A stretch of 52,980 bases of DNA, from the NCBI GenBank assembly GCA_965201075.1, contig CBDAVP010000011.1, forward strand, positions 186,001-238,980, given 5' to 3'. The position numbers were made by a program, and so were the translations under genes. Shown piece by piece: positions 10,001 to 18,752 of this stretch. The DNA comes from Isosphaeraceae bacterium. GTDB taxonomy: Bacteria; Planctomycetota; Planctomycetia; Isosphaerales; Isosphaeraceae. The notes beneath the pieces are model-generated. The model worked only from the letters and a program-made list of their open reading frames with translations, was not told the DNA's origin and searched no databases. How positions within the stretch are numbered: the stretch's first letter is position 1; each line of letters begins with the position of its first letter.

Positions 10001-10110
10001 TGGACCGCAAGGACGCCCACCTCGACGACCTGACGAGAGCCCACCTGGAGGAATGCCGACAGCGAGTGGATCAGATCCTCACGGCCAAGCTCGACGCCAA
10101 CGAGCCCTGA
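7078..10110 (+). CDS. Secreted zinc-dependent metalloprotease (DUF5117/DUF4953-type metzincin)
   Basis: Signal peptide from ATG 7078 (MIRKLAWSGALACSLVSGPFAASAQ); RLADDRVGHF; GILEWNKAFEKIGF; HEVGHSLGLRHN zinc motif; SVMDY Met-turn; GPYDYWAIEYAY. Confidence 0.92.
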   Translation: MIRKLAWSGALACSLVSGPFAASAQETATPAPSAPASGEARIDIESMARRSQAHGGGGGGSDSHFRDFDEVTQGADRLEGLFTLFHKDSHLYAEIRPHQFDTPLIAPIAIARGMAMAGQPLNFGDEWVLSFRRVGDRVQLVRRNIHYKASTEPLEKAVKQAYTDSILQSLPIVSIRPMGGGQSALVDLSDVFLNDFAELGIGPIDRSRTSWHKIKAFPNNLELEVEATYGGGFGGYGDDGVADHRGVTLIVHYSLVKPPDAAYHPRLADDRVGHFLSAVKDFSQSDPDTSFVRQVNRWRLEKSNHKAKVSAPKRQIVWYIEDTVPLEYRSYVQEGILEWNKAFEKIGFRDAIAVRWQEEGRDDFDPEDINYCTFRWITSNSTFAMSGLRSNPITGELIDGDVVFDASWIKEWKQEYAFLTGNPPASSRQAGGRSEPLGVGRILSPIMAMKQGYGLAVPPPSAELGDVAANLGERAPRLIPAEGGELQALLGQRLGHSQFSGCRLSSGMRAELSLAAIALSADEPKVAVAPEEAKKPVDEAKKPEDKPKDEAKKDEPKKPEDKPTSKKEKEKEESRLPDELIGQGIKEVVMHEVGHSLGLRHNFKASTMLSGDQLHDTAITHVKGLVGSVMDYAPINVAPKGRPQGDYFSTTLGPYDYWAIEYAYKPIDGDEAGELKKIASRAPESDLAYGTDEDMYQTHDPLVNTYDLGSDTLRFAQDRALLASQLLGDLDGRVVKDGESWGRLRHAFGILMQQWGNGTYLVSEYVGGQHVHRDHKGDKDGRDPIVPVSGAKQREALRFLVTEVLGDKAFHFSPGLLRKLTTERWYHWGSDSPNSATGVEYPVLDEVLGIQKIALNRCLGSSVLARLQEQSLEADEGAQPLTMAEVFRALTDGVWSECPSGDGPPTVTCSTIRRNLQREHLRKLGTMVLGTRRNSMSDIYSFLVMVGGSGNLPPDARSLARLHLKEIGDRVGKALDRKDAHLDDLTRAHLEECRQRVDQILTAKLDANEP

Positions 10111-10122
10111 TTGACCGAGCGA

Positions 10123-10207
10123 GTCCCCCCGGACCTTGTTCCGGGGGGACACTCGTCGCAAACTGAAAGGTCCTCGCCCCTCTTCCGCATGGAAGGGCGA
10201 GGGCCTT
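10123..10207 (+). terminator. Two strong tandem hairpins after the metalloprotease gene
   Basis: Perfect 11-bp inverted repeat GTCCCCCCGGA (10123-10133)/TCCGGGGGGAC (10140-10150); second stem AAGGTCCTCGCCC (10167-10179)/GGGCGAGGGCCTT (10195-10207). No long U-tract. Confidence 0.45.
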
Positions 10208-10237
10208 CGTCGTCCCCACTGCCCAGGAGGCTCGCCG

Positions 10238-10846
10238 ATGCTCTGGCTCACGGCCCTGATCCTGATCGCCGGCGCCGCCGACCCCGACGACGGCTGGAAG
10301 CCCCTGGTCCACGGGACCGATCCTGCCCAGTTCGAGCTGGTCGGCCTCGATGCCGACGCCCTACGCATTCTCGATGGCGAAATCGTCCTGACGGGCAAGG
10401 TCGACGGTTACTTCGCGACCCGCGACGCCTATCAGGACTTCGCCCTGGAGTTCGAGTTCCGCTACGAACGACCCGACAACTCAGCGGCCGACGTCGACCC
10501 GCCGACGAACAGTGGGTTGCTCGTGAACATTCGCGGCCCGGCCAAGGTCTGGCCCCGCTGCATCGAATTTCAGCTGGCCCAGCAGGCGATTGGCGAGATC
10601 CGCGGCAACGGCGGAGGCCGGCTCCCGGGAGACTATGACCGCGCCTCGGCCCGACGAGCGGCTCGCCCCCTCGACCAGTGGAACCGCATGGAACTGGTGA
10701 GTTGGCGAGGGACCTTGACCTGCACACTCAACGGCGTCGAGGTTTCCAAGGGGACGCGGCCCGACCCCGACCGCGGCGCCCTCGGGTTCCAGTCCGAGGG
10801 GAGCCCGATCCGCTTCCGAGGGGTCCGGATCAAGACCCTCGACTGA
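10238..10846 (+). CDS. DUF1080 / 3-keto-disaccharide hydrolase family protein
   Basis: AGGAGG RBS, signal peptide, DGWKPL, YQDFALEFEF, NSGLL, EFQL, WNRMEL, GALGFQSEGSPIRFRGVRIK. Confidence 0.9.
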   Translation: MLWLTALILIAGAADPDDGWKPLVHGTDPAQFELVGLDADALRILDGEIVLTGKVDGYFATRDAYQDFALEFEFRYERPDNSAADVDPPTNSGLLVNIRGPAKVWPRCIEFQLAQQAIGEIRGNGGGRLPGDYDRASARRAARPLDQWNRMELVSWRGTLTCTLNGVEVSKGTRPDPDRGALGFQSEGSPIRFRGVRIKTLD

Positions 10847-10874
10847 AACTCAGCGGCCGGAGGGGCTGAGTTTT
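10846..10874. terminator. Probable bidirectional intrinsic terminator
   Basis: AAACTCAGC (10846-10854) pairs with GCTGAGTTT (10865-10873), at the junction of convergent genes. Confidence 0.55.
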
Positions 10875-11011
10875 GCGACGATCTCCGGCCAACGCGCCAT
10901 CAGTGAGGCCCCTCGGCGTTCCACGATCATCGCGGCATACGCCACGCCAAATACGCAGGCCCAGGCCAGCGCCAGCCATGCCCGCCAGTCTCCTCGATCA
11001 GAGCGGGGCAT
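10850..11011 (-). CDS. Small single-pass membrane protein (53 aa), last gene of the glycan operon
   Basis: Manual translation MPRSDRGDWRAWLALAWACVFGVAYAAMIVERRGASLMARWPEIVAKLSPSGR; GAGGAG RBS upstream; start overlaps the end of the GT9 gene; below the ORF-track size cutoff. Confidence 0.65.
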   Translation of the reverse strand: MPRSDRGDWRAWLALAWACVFGVAYAAMIVERRGASLMARWPEIVAKLSPSGR

Positions 11012-12362
11012 GGGGCGACTCCTCTCGGTGAAGGCGGGCCCACCAACGTCGGGCTGCCCGGTAGACGCGGTCGGGGGTCAGGCCGGTCATGCACGGGTGA
11101 TCCGCCAGCGGGCAAGACTTCTGATGGCAGGGGCGGCACGGTACCTTGTGACGCAGAACCAGGGCCCGGCGCGACCAGGGACGCCACTGGCGCACTCGGT
11201 TGGTGCCGCTGAACAGGATCACCGAGGTCACCCCCGCGCAGGCCGCCAGGTGCGCCGGGCCGGAGTCCGACCCCACGAACAGGTCGGCCCGCTCCAGCAA
11301 CGACGCGGTCTCGGGGAGGGCGAGCTTGCCCGTCCAGTCACGCAGGTTTCGATGCGTTCCGAGTGCCGCCGAGGCTCCGACTTCCTCGGCCCCGCCGATG
11401 ACGATCACTCGCCAACCGTCGGCCAGGAACCGACTCACCAGCGCCCGCCAGTGCCCCGGCGGCCAACGCTTGGCTCCAGTCCCCGCCCCCAGGTGGACCA
11501 CCAGCAGCGGAGCCTCGGACCCGAACCGTCCGGCATGGAGGCGTTCCGGGTCGGGAGGTTCCAGCCGCGCGCGGTCCCGGGCCACGCCTTCGGACATCCC
11601 GGCCGCCGCGGCGACCTTGATCCCCCGTGTCCGGGCACCGCGAGCCCTTGCCGGCCAGGCCGCTCGCAGGCACGCCGCGACCCTTGCGCGGTCTCGGTCG
11701 CGGGCATGGGCCACCAGCCGCGCCGGCCCCTCGTCGGGGATCCCCAACGCCTCCAGCAACGCCAGCCGAGAGCGGACCTCGTGGCGGCCCGGCACCCAGC
11801 GGGCGACGTCGGTGAGCAGGAACCCGCCGCCGCCCATCGCCCAGCCGACGCGTCGGGGGATGCCCGCCAGGGCCAGCACCAACACCGTCAGCACGTCCCC
11901 GCGGACGTCGATGCCCAGGTCGTAGTCCTCGGGTCGCAACGACCGCCCCAGCCGCCAGACCGCCGGGGCGATCGCTGACCGCCGCTGTCCCCGATTGAAC
12001 CAGTTGCGATCGGCCACGATCACCCGGTCGACGTCGGGGTCGGCCTCGAAGATCGCCCGATTACTCGGCGAGGCCAGCACGTCCAGCCGCGACCCGGGGT
12101 ACGCCGCCTTGAGCCTCGGCGGCAGGGGACTCGACAGAATCGCGTCCCCCATGTGGTCCAGTTGGACCAGAAGGATGCGACGCGGTGAGTCAACCACCGG
12201 CGATGGCCGGGCCAACCGCCAGAGCGCGACCAGGGCGGTTCCCACTGCGTCCAGGAGGTGGACGGCGATCCGCCACCGCCACTTGCTGTAGCGGTAACGA
12301 CGCACCGGGACGGGCCGGGGGGGAACGCCAGGGGCGGGGTGTTCAGCCGGAGATCGCGTCAT
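10998..12362 (-). CDS. Glycosyltransferase family 9 (heptosyltransferase-like)
   Basis: RRILLVQLDHMGDAIL, KRWP, LFVGSDSGPAHLA, and the CRPC...CP...HPCM tail. Likely start MTRSPAEH at 12362. Confidence 0.9.
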   Translation of the reverse strand: MTRSPAEHPAPGVPPRPVPVRRYRYSKWRWRIAVHLLDAVGTALVALWRLARPSPVVDSPRRILLVQLDHMGDAILSSPLPPRLKAAYPGSRLDVLASPSNRAIFEADPDVDRVIVADRNWFNRGQRRSAIAPAVWRLGRSLRPEDYDLGIDVRGDVLTVLVLALAGIPRRVGWAMGGGGFLLTDVARWVPGRHEVRSRLALLEALGIPDEGPARLVAHARDRDRARVAACLRAAWPARARGARTRGIKVAAAAGMSEGVARDRARLEPPDPERLHAGRFGSEAPLLVVHLGAGTGAKRWPPGHWRALVSRFLADGWRVIVIGGAEEVGASAALGTHRNLRDWTGKLALPETASLLERADLFVGSDSGPAHLAACAGVTSVILFSGTNRVRQWRPWSRRALVLRHKVPCRPCHQKSCPLADHPCMTGLTPDRVYRAARRWWARLHREESPHAPL

Positions 12363-13389
12363 ACGCCTCCGCCGTCGCCCGGGCCACGTCCGACCACAAG
12401 AACCTCCCCGCCACCCTGGTCCGCAAGGCTGGGTCGGCGCCTCGCTCCCAGGCCGCGGCGACCTCGCGAGCGATCGCGATCGGCCGGTCGGGTCGGGCGT
12501 ATCCCACCAGGTCGCCGAAATACTCTCGGGTGCAGCCCAGGGGGGTGACCACCACCGGCCGCCCCGCCAACGCCGCTTCCAGAGCCGCCAGACCCGGGGT
12601 TTCAAACCAACTCGTCAGGGCGAACACCCGGCACGCCGCATAGGCCGAGGCCAAGATCGGGTCGTCATGCTCAACCCGGGGCAGCCAGCGAGCAAACCCG
12701 CGAGACTCTCGACGGCAGGTCTCCGCATAACCTTCAAAGCCCGGAACCGCATCGCCCAGGACGACCAGAGGCAACCCGGTCGGCCGCAAGGCCCGGATCA
12801 GTGCGAGGACCCCTTTGCGAGGCTCGACCCGACCGACATACAGCACGAACTCGCCGGGGCCGAACCGTCCGCGAAACCGCGAGGCATCGGCGCGGGCGAA
12901 GCGGGGCTCGACGCCATTGGGCACGACCCGAACGCGGTGGGGCTCGGCACCAAACAGGTGAACCAGTTGCCGGGCCTCGGCCTGGGAGTTTGGCAAGATC
13001 GCATCGGCCAGGGAAAGGAGTTCGCGACGCCAGGACGGCCGACGCCGCCAGGCCACCAGCGCCGCCCACTTGGCCAGGTCCACCCCCGCGCGGAGTCGAC
13101 CCGGCGCCAGCGCCGCGATGGCCGCGGGCTCGACCCAGCAGATCGGCGACAGGGCGACCTTGACGCCGCGGGCCCTCGCCACCCGAGCCAGTTCGAGCCC
13201 CTCGCGGCTCATACCGAAAAGGTGCAGCAGGCGGGCGTCACCCAGTCGATCCGTCCACGGGACGAACGGCCGGACCGCCACGCCCAGCTCTTCCAGGTGA
13301 CGAGCCGTCTGGACCAGTTGATTTTCGCCGCCGCCGGGGGCCTGGAACGCGGCCGAGTGCGCATGTAGCAGGACCGAACCCTCAACCAT
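12343..13389 (-). CDS. Glycosyltransferase family 4
   Basis: APGGGE, VVPNGV, VLYVGRVEPRKG, ETPGLAALEA (EX7E-type). Alternative TTG start at 13467. Confidence 0.92.
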   Translation of the reverse strand: MVEGSVLLHAHSAAFQAPGGGENQLVQTARHLEELGVAVRPFVPWTDRLGDARLLHLFGMSREGLELARVARARGVKVALSPICWVEPAAIAALAPGRLRAGVDLAKWAALVAWRRRPSWRRELLSLADAILPNSQAEARQLVHLFGAEPHRVRVVPNGVEPRFARADASRFRGRFGPGEFVLYVGRVEPRKGVLALIRALRPTGLPLVVLGDAVPGFEGYAETCRRESRGFARWLPRVEHDDPILASAYAACRVFALTSWFETPGLAALEAALAGRPVVVTPLGCTREYFGDLVGYARPDRPIAIAREVAAAWERGADPALRTRVAGRFLWSDVARATAEAYDAISG

Positions 13390-13463
13390 CGGCCGGCGGG
13401 CCTGGTCGGCCAGCCAGTCGGCGGGCTGGAGTCGCGGTCGATCCTGTTCGACGAGGTTGGCGA

Positions 13464-14975
13464 TCAATGGCGGCCCCCCCGGCCCGCGGCCGCGCTTCCC
13501 GCCTTCCATCGTCGCAGGCGCACCTTGAGGCGTTCGGGCATGGAATCGGTCGGCAACTCGTCGATCGGCGTGACCGTTTCCCAGTCCAGCGCCCGGCGCA
13601 ACGCGGAACGCAGTCCCCGGGGGCCCGCGACGGCTCTGGGGGCCGGCAGGTCGACGCGAGTCCGCCGACGCTCATACGCCAGGTCGTCCAGCGACAAGGG
13701 CGTGCGAGGCCCCATCACGGGGAAGCTCGCGACGTGATCGCCGCGGTGGACTTCCAGCGCCAGGGGATATCTCGCGTCCCACTCGTCGAACTGAACCTCG
13801 TAACGACCCGCCGCCTTGACCACGACCGACCACCGCCTCGACGCACGCCAACGCCACCAACGGGCGAACTCGGTCAAGGTCGTGCGCCAAAGGGCCGTTT
13901 CTCCCTCGACCGCCGCGGCCACGCTCGCCAGGACTCCCGGCATCCGCCCCAGCCGGCGCTCGGGGTGGCCATAGATGAAAGCCGGTTCCCCCGCCGCGAG
14001 CTTGGCCCGGACGGTCTCGGCGAGGTGACCGGCGACCGCCCGCCCGTCAATCTCGCCGTATTCCTGGAAGAGCCCTTCGCAAATAGGATGAATCGGCACC
14101 TGGAGGATTTTCGAGAACCGATCCCCCCGCCAGGGGAAGAATGGCAGGTCGTCATATCCGAGGTGGAAATCGGAGGAGTAGCGATACTCGAAATCCTCCA
14201 GGACCTGATCGAGCCCCGGGTTCCAGCGCCCCTCCGGGGCGGCGAACCCCTCGGGGTGGAAGCCCGCGGCGGTCAACAAGGCGTGAGCGCGGTCGAGGTT
14301 GCGGCGGTTGGCCTCGGCCCCTCGGTAAATCACGTGGAAATGCCCGTGAGATTGGACGTCCAGCCCGGCCAGGTCGGCCAGAACTCGCGAGTTTTGCCCA
14401 TACGCATGGGTGCTGAGGAAGTGGGTCGTGCAGTCGGCGATCGGCCGCCGGGCCTCGGCGAATCGGGCGTAATCCTCGGGGATCGGCTCGTCCAGGTCGG
14501 CCCGGAAGTTGAAGGCCGATCGGTAGGGGTAGGGATACGCCCCCAGCCGAGCCCAGAGCCCGCCGGCCCGCTCCAGGGCCGCCCTTAACCGGCCAGCGAC
14601 CCGTCGACGGATCTCGGCCTTGTCGTGGCGAGCGACCCGCTCGGCCAGTTCGCCACCGCCGACCCGCCAGGCCATCCGCCCCGCGCGGTTATCGACGACC
14701 GACGCGAAGGGGTCGGCCTCCTCCAGTTTCCGCAGGGGATCGACGTCGATGGCGACGTGTCCCGGGGTCAGCAAGGCGCGAACCGTCGCGGCGGGAGTCT
14801 CCCGGCCGTCGAAGCAGACGAACCGCCCAGAGCGGAAGGCCAGCGGATGAGCCTGCTCCACACGGACGAAGGGAACTCCCTCCTGGGCCAGGATCAATTC
14901 CAAGCCCGGAGGCGTCCGCCAAAGCAAAAGCGGCAGGGCCGGCAACGCCGAGGTTGTGGTCAATACGCTATCCAA
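13464..14975 (-). CDS. Polysaccharide deacetylase family protein
   Basis: FRADLDE, VQSHGHFH, GFAAPEGRWN, YSSD and YGHP match NodB-like motifs. Confidence 0.8.
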   Translation of the reverse strand: MDSVLTTTSALPALPLLLWRTPPGLELILAQEGVPFVRVEQAHPLAFRSGRFVCFDGRETPAATVRALLTPGHVAIDVDPLRKLEEADPFASVVDNRAGRMAWRVGGGELAERVARHDKAEIRRRVAGRLRAALERAGGLWARLGAYPYPYRSAFNFRADLDEPIPEDYARFAEARRPIADCTTHFLSTHAYGQNSRVLADLAGLDVQSHGHFHVIYRGAEANRRNLDRAHALLTAAGFHPEGFAAPEGRWNPGLDQVLEDFEYRYSSDFHLGYDDLPFFPWRGDRFSKILQVPIHPICEGLFQEYGEIDGRAVAGHLAETVRAKLAAGEPAFIYGHPERRLGRMPGVLASVAAAVEGETALWRTTLTEFARWWRWRASRRWSVVVKAAGRYEVQFDEWDARYPLALEVHRGDHVASFPVMGPRTPLSLDDLAYERRRTRVDLPAPRAVAGPRGLRSALRRALDWETVTPIDELPTDSMPERLKVRLRRWKAGSAAAGRGGRH

Positions 14976-15678
14976 GGAACACCCCCCTCGGCCCCGTCGC
15001 CGTCCACAAGGCCATCCGTCGAGTCCTGGGAAGGCGCCGATGCCAGGGTGAATTCGCTTCCTCGGGCATCAACGGAAACTCCACCCTCGACAGCGCGAAT
15101 CGTTCGGCCAATCGTCGTCGCAACGTCCCCGGCCAGAACCAGCGTTCCCGTACCGGCCCCCCCGCCGGGTACATCCAGCGTCCCCGGCGCTCATCCATTG
15201 CTTTCAACGCCAGCGACGGCATCCAGGGGCGTTTCGCATCAAGGGCCCCGGCATTCCGATCCACGATCGCCAGGATGCCCCCGGGCCGTAGGACCCGGGC
15301 CGCTTCGTTGATCGCCTGATCCAGCCCACCGGGAGGCAGGTGCTGGACCACCTCGACGGCCACCACCGCGTCGAATACCCCGGAGGCGAACGGCAGGCGG
15401 CCCGCCGAGCCCAGGACCCGAGCGCCGCTCGACCCGCCCGCCAGCATTCCCGCCGAACGGTCCAGACCCACGATCGTCGCCCCCAAACTCGCCAGCCGCG
15501 AGGCGAATCGTCCCTTGCCACAACCCAGGTCGAGCACGCGCATCCCCGGAACCGGCTTCAAGGTTTGGAGTAGGGCCGAGAGGCGAGGGTCATCGGCCGC
15601 GACGGTTTGCTTGAACCGGCCTTCCAGCAGATCGAATCGCTCGGCCACCGCCGCCTCGTAAGAGAGCGTCGCGCTCAT
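14968..15678 (-). CDS. Class I SAM-dependent methyltransferase
   Basis: VLDLGCGKG, LPFASGVFDAV, RVLRPGG. Confidence 0.92.
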   Translation of the reverse strand: MSATLSYEAAVAERFDLLEGRFKQTVAADDPRLSALLQTLKPVPGMRVLDLGCGKGRFASRLASLGATIVGLDRSAGMLAGGSSGARVLGSAGRLPFASGVFDAVVAVEVVQHLPPGGLDQAINEAARVLRPGGILAIVDRNAGALDAKRPWMPSLALKAMDERRGRWMYPAGGPVRERWFWPGTLRRRLAERFALSRVEFPLMPEEANSPWHRRLPRTRRMALWTATGPRGVFLG

Positions 15679-16457
15679 GCGGCACCCCCGGCCGCCCTCG
15701 CGTCGGCCCGGCCGAGTTCTCGATGCTTCCAGTGCCGCACCGCCACCGACACCCCGGACATTGCGCAGAAGACGAAACCCTCCAGCCCGTCCCGGAAGCC
15801 TCCCTTGCCGAGATAGAGCTTGGCGAACGTCCAGAAGGGTCGGGACATCAGGTCGGACGTCCGGACGCGTCGCCCTTCGCGATGAAACGCTTCCGCTTCG
15901 AGCGAGGTGTACGAATCGAGCTTCCGAAGAAACGTCCGCATATCCGGGATTGTGCGGTGGCGAAGGTGCGACCGGAGAGTGCCTCGGTGTCCGGCCAGTT
16001 CCACGGTTTCATGAACCCGCCCGATCCAGCGGCCCGACTCTCGACGGAAGAGCCGGGTCGGAAGATCGTGCTGCGTTCCCGAAAAGCGGAAGTCTCGTCC
16101 CAGGATCGCGCTGCGGATCGGCACCCGGTAGCCAGTGATCGGCCCATAAGGGTTGGACACCACGCGGCGAACCTCGGCGGCGAATGCGGGGGTTGATCGT
16201 TCGTCGGCGTCGACGGCCAAGACCCAATCCCCCCGGGCCAGTTCCAGCGCCGCGTTCCGCTGCGAGGCGAAGTCGTCGAACGAACGGACGATCACCACGT
16301 CGGCCAAACGGCGGGCCAGGGCCTCGGTGGCGTCCTGGCTGCGGGAGTCGACCACCACGATGATCTGGTCGGCCCAGCGCAGGGCGGCCAGGCACTCGGG
16401 CAGGTTCTCGGCCTCGTCGCGGGCCAGCACCAGGGCGGAGATCGTCGGCTCAGGCAC
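15675..16457 (-). CDS. Glycosyltransferase family 2 (KdtX/WaaE-like LPS core enzyme)
   Basis: ISALVLARDEAENL, VVDSRSQDAT, QRNAAL, VDADER, VHE, GFRDGLEGF. Confidence 0.9.
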   Translation of the reverse strand: MPEPTISALVLARDEAENLPECLAALRWADQIIVVVDSRSQDATEALARRLADVVIVRSFDDFASQRNAALELARGDWVLAVDADERSTPAFAAEVRRVVSNPYGPITGYRVPIRSAILGRDFRFSGTQHDLPTRLFRRESGRWIGRVHETVELAGHRGTLRSHLRHRTIPDMRTFLRKLDSYTSLEAEAFHREGRRVRTSDLMSRPFWTFAKLYLGKGGFRDGLEGFVFCAMSGVSVAVRHWKHRELGRADARAAGGAA

Positions 16458-17496
16458 GACGCACCCCCCTGGCCACCGCTCCCACCAGAGCCCTCAAGGG
16501 GAAGTAGGCCGCGTAGGCACCCAGCGCCAGATCCAGCCGACCCAGCGCCGCCAGGACAATCCAGAGGTGCCAGCGAACGTCGGCATGGCCGGCCAGCCTC
16601 ATCAGTCGCTTCGGCCAGGAGGCTCCGTCCGGCTCCAGGGCGGGGAGGTTGGCCGTGGAGGCGGCGTTCGGCGGGGTGTCGATCACTCCGACGAGATAGA
16701 CGTATTTCCCCATCGCGTAGGCCATTCCCACCAATAGCCAGGCGGGATGCCGGCCACTGTCGGAAACCGACCAGGCGATGGCCGCGTGCAGGGCCATGTC
16801 GCAAAGCTCGTCGAGCGAGCCGTCCAGCCAGCGACCGAAGTCGGAGGTGGTCCCCTGGAGTCGGGCCAAGTGGCCGTCGGCGGTGTCCAGCACCAGGCCC
16901 GCCGCCAGCAGGCCCGCCCCGGCGAGTCGAGCCGGCAGGCCCAGTCCCGCGAAGGCGACCACGGCCGACGCCGTCAACATCGCGACCCCGGAAGCCAAGG
17001 TCACGGCGTTGGGTCCGACCCACGTCGGCGTCAGCGACCTTGCCAGACGTTTCGCCGGCTCCAGGGCCCAGAAGCGTCCCAACGGCTGGTAGGTTTGCCG
17101 TCGGGAGAGTTCGGCCTCGGCTCCGGCCAGACCGGTCGGGCCGTCGAGCCTCCAGAGGACCGCCGCCTCGGGGTCCTGTCCTCGCTTCAAAACCTTGCGG
17201 AGTCGGCCGGCGTCGTAGAGTCGGTCGGTTCGCAGGATGGCCGAGCCTTCCGGGGGGGGACCCAGGGTCAGGACGACCTCGGCCCCGTCCACCCCTTCCA
17301 GCCAGTCGCGAATGTCGGCATGTTCGTGGGCCCTGGCGTGAATGGCGATCGGCCCGGGGGCGACGCGCCCAGCCAGATCGACCAGGTGAGCCACCAAAGG
17401 CTGACCCAGCAACGGGAGCCCCGCCAACGGCCCTTCGGGACCCCGAGGGCGGGCGTCGATGGCCAGGGCAGCGGTTCTCGGGGTTGGTTTGGACAT
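16450..17496 (-). CDS. CDP-alcohol phosphatidyltransferase family protein with an N-terminal soluble domain
   Basis: PNAVT and the complete DxxDGxxAR...GxxxDxxxD motif (LDTADGHLARLQGTTSDFGRWLDGSLD). Confidence 0.88.
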   Translation of the reverse strand: MSKPTPRTAALAIDARPRGPEGPLAGLPLLGQPLVAHLVDLAGRVAPGPIAIHARAHEHADIRDWLEGVDGAEVVLTLGPPPEGSAILRTDRLYDAGRLRKVLKRGQDPEAAVLWRLDGPTGLAGAEAELSRRQTYQPLGRFWALEPAKRLARSLTPTWVGPNAVTLASGVAMLTASAVVAFAGLGLPARLAGAGLLAAGLVLDTADGHLARLQGTTSDFGRWLDGSLDELCDMALHAAIAWSVSDSGRHPAWLLVGMAYAMGKYVYLVGVIDTPPNAASTANLPALEPDGASWPKRLMRLAGHADVRWHLWIVLAALGRLDLALGAYAAYFPLRALVGAVARGVRRA

Positions 17497-17560
17497 CGCA
17501 GGCGCCTCCTTGCGCCACGCTCCTTGTCGTCATCCACTCGGTCGCCGTCTCAAGGGTCGA

Positions 17561-18508
17561 TCACCAGGCGAATCGCTCGAAGAACGCTTCCTGACGCAAC
17601 TTCCAGTCGTCCTTCCCGACGCCCAGGGCATGGCGGCCCGACCGAGCCTCGCCCCAACGAGCGAGCGCTTCGGCCAGTGCCACAAAGAAGACCTTGCGGC
17701 CCTTCAAAACGGCAAGGGAGCCCCGGACGGCCAGCCAGGCCAGGTGACTTGCCAGACGAGGTCCACTCAGATTCTTCCAGGCGAACAGCAGGCTGTTGCG
17801 CAAGGCGAGACGGTCACATCCCCCCTCGCCGAAGGCCGGTCCAAATGAGCCGAACCCCCGGTGGTAAGCGAGTGAGCGGGGTTCGTAGTATCCCTTCCAC
17901 CCCGCCATCCACCCTCGGAAGCCGAGGTCGAGGTCCTCGATGCGGCCGGGGAAATACAACGGGTCGAAACCGCCCAGGGCGAGGAACCGGTCGCGGTCGA
18001 CCGCCAGTACCGGACCGGCCGCGGCGGTCAGGTCCGGGTTGTCGATCAGCGCCTCATGACCCGGAACCCGGCACATCCCCTGCACCAGGCCGAACCGGGT
18101 CCGCACCCGGGTCCGCATCCCCTCAAACGTCTGGCCGTCGAAGGTCCAGCACTTCGGCGCCGCGAAGAGGGCATCGGGGTGGGCGTCGAGAGCCTCCAGC
18201 AGCGGGGCGACCGCGTTGGGGTCGAGCTTGACGTCGTTGTTCAGCAGAAGCACGCGCCGGCACCGGAGTCGGCCCAGCACGGCGTTGAACGAGGCCAGGC
18301 CCCGGTTCGGCTCCAGGTGCAAGTCCAGCTTGGGCCAGTGCCTGGAGACGAATTTGAGGGAATTGTCGGTGGACGAGTTATCGACCACCCCGACGCCGCA
18401 GGGGCGGGGGCAGCGGGCGGCGGCCTCGATAACCGTGGGCAGGCACTCGGCCAGGAGGTCGAGGCCGTTGTAGTTGAGGACCAGGATTTGCGTCCGGTCG
18501 TCGCCCAC
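17561..18508 (-). CDS. Glycosyltransferase family 2 (rhamnosyltransferase-like)
   Basis: VLNYNG, VVDNSSTD, LLNND, GGFDPLYFPGRIEDLDLGFR. Confidence 0.92.
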   Translation of the reverse strand: MGDDRTQILVLNYNGLDLLAECLPTVIEAAARCPRPCGVGVVDNSSTDNSLKFVSRHWPKLDLHLEPNRGLASFNAVLGRLRCRRVLLLNNDVKLDPNAVAPLLEALDAHPDALFAAPKCWTFDGQTFEGMRTRVRTRFGLVQGMCRVPGHEALIDNPDLTAAAGPVLAVDRDRFLALGGFDPLYFPGRIEDLDLGFRGWMAGWKGYYEPRSLAYHRGFGSFGPAFGEGGCDRLALRNSLLFAWKNLSGPRLASHLAWLAVRGSLAVLKGRKVFFVALAEALARWGEARSGRHALGVGKDDWKLRQEAFFERFAW

Positions 18509-18752
18509 GAGAGGTCCATCCCTGGGTTGGCGGATTCGGTCGCGAGAGAGAGCCGCGACACCGGCCGTCCTGGCCGGGGAGTTCGCGGGATCGCGGGTCG
18601 CCGCGTACCTTACGTCCGAGGCGCGAGGCGGTCAACCCCGGCCGCGAGTCGGTTCGCTTTGGGCTTTGGAAAATTCAGCGCCGGTGGCGGGGCTGACCGA
18701 TGATGGTGGAACGGTGTCCGCTCCCCGACCGACCTCCGAGGCTGGCCGCTCC

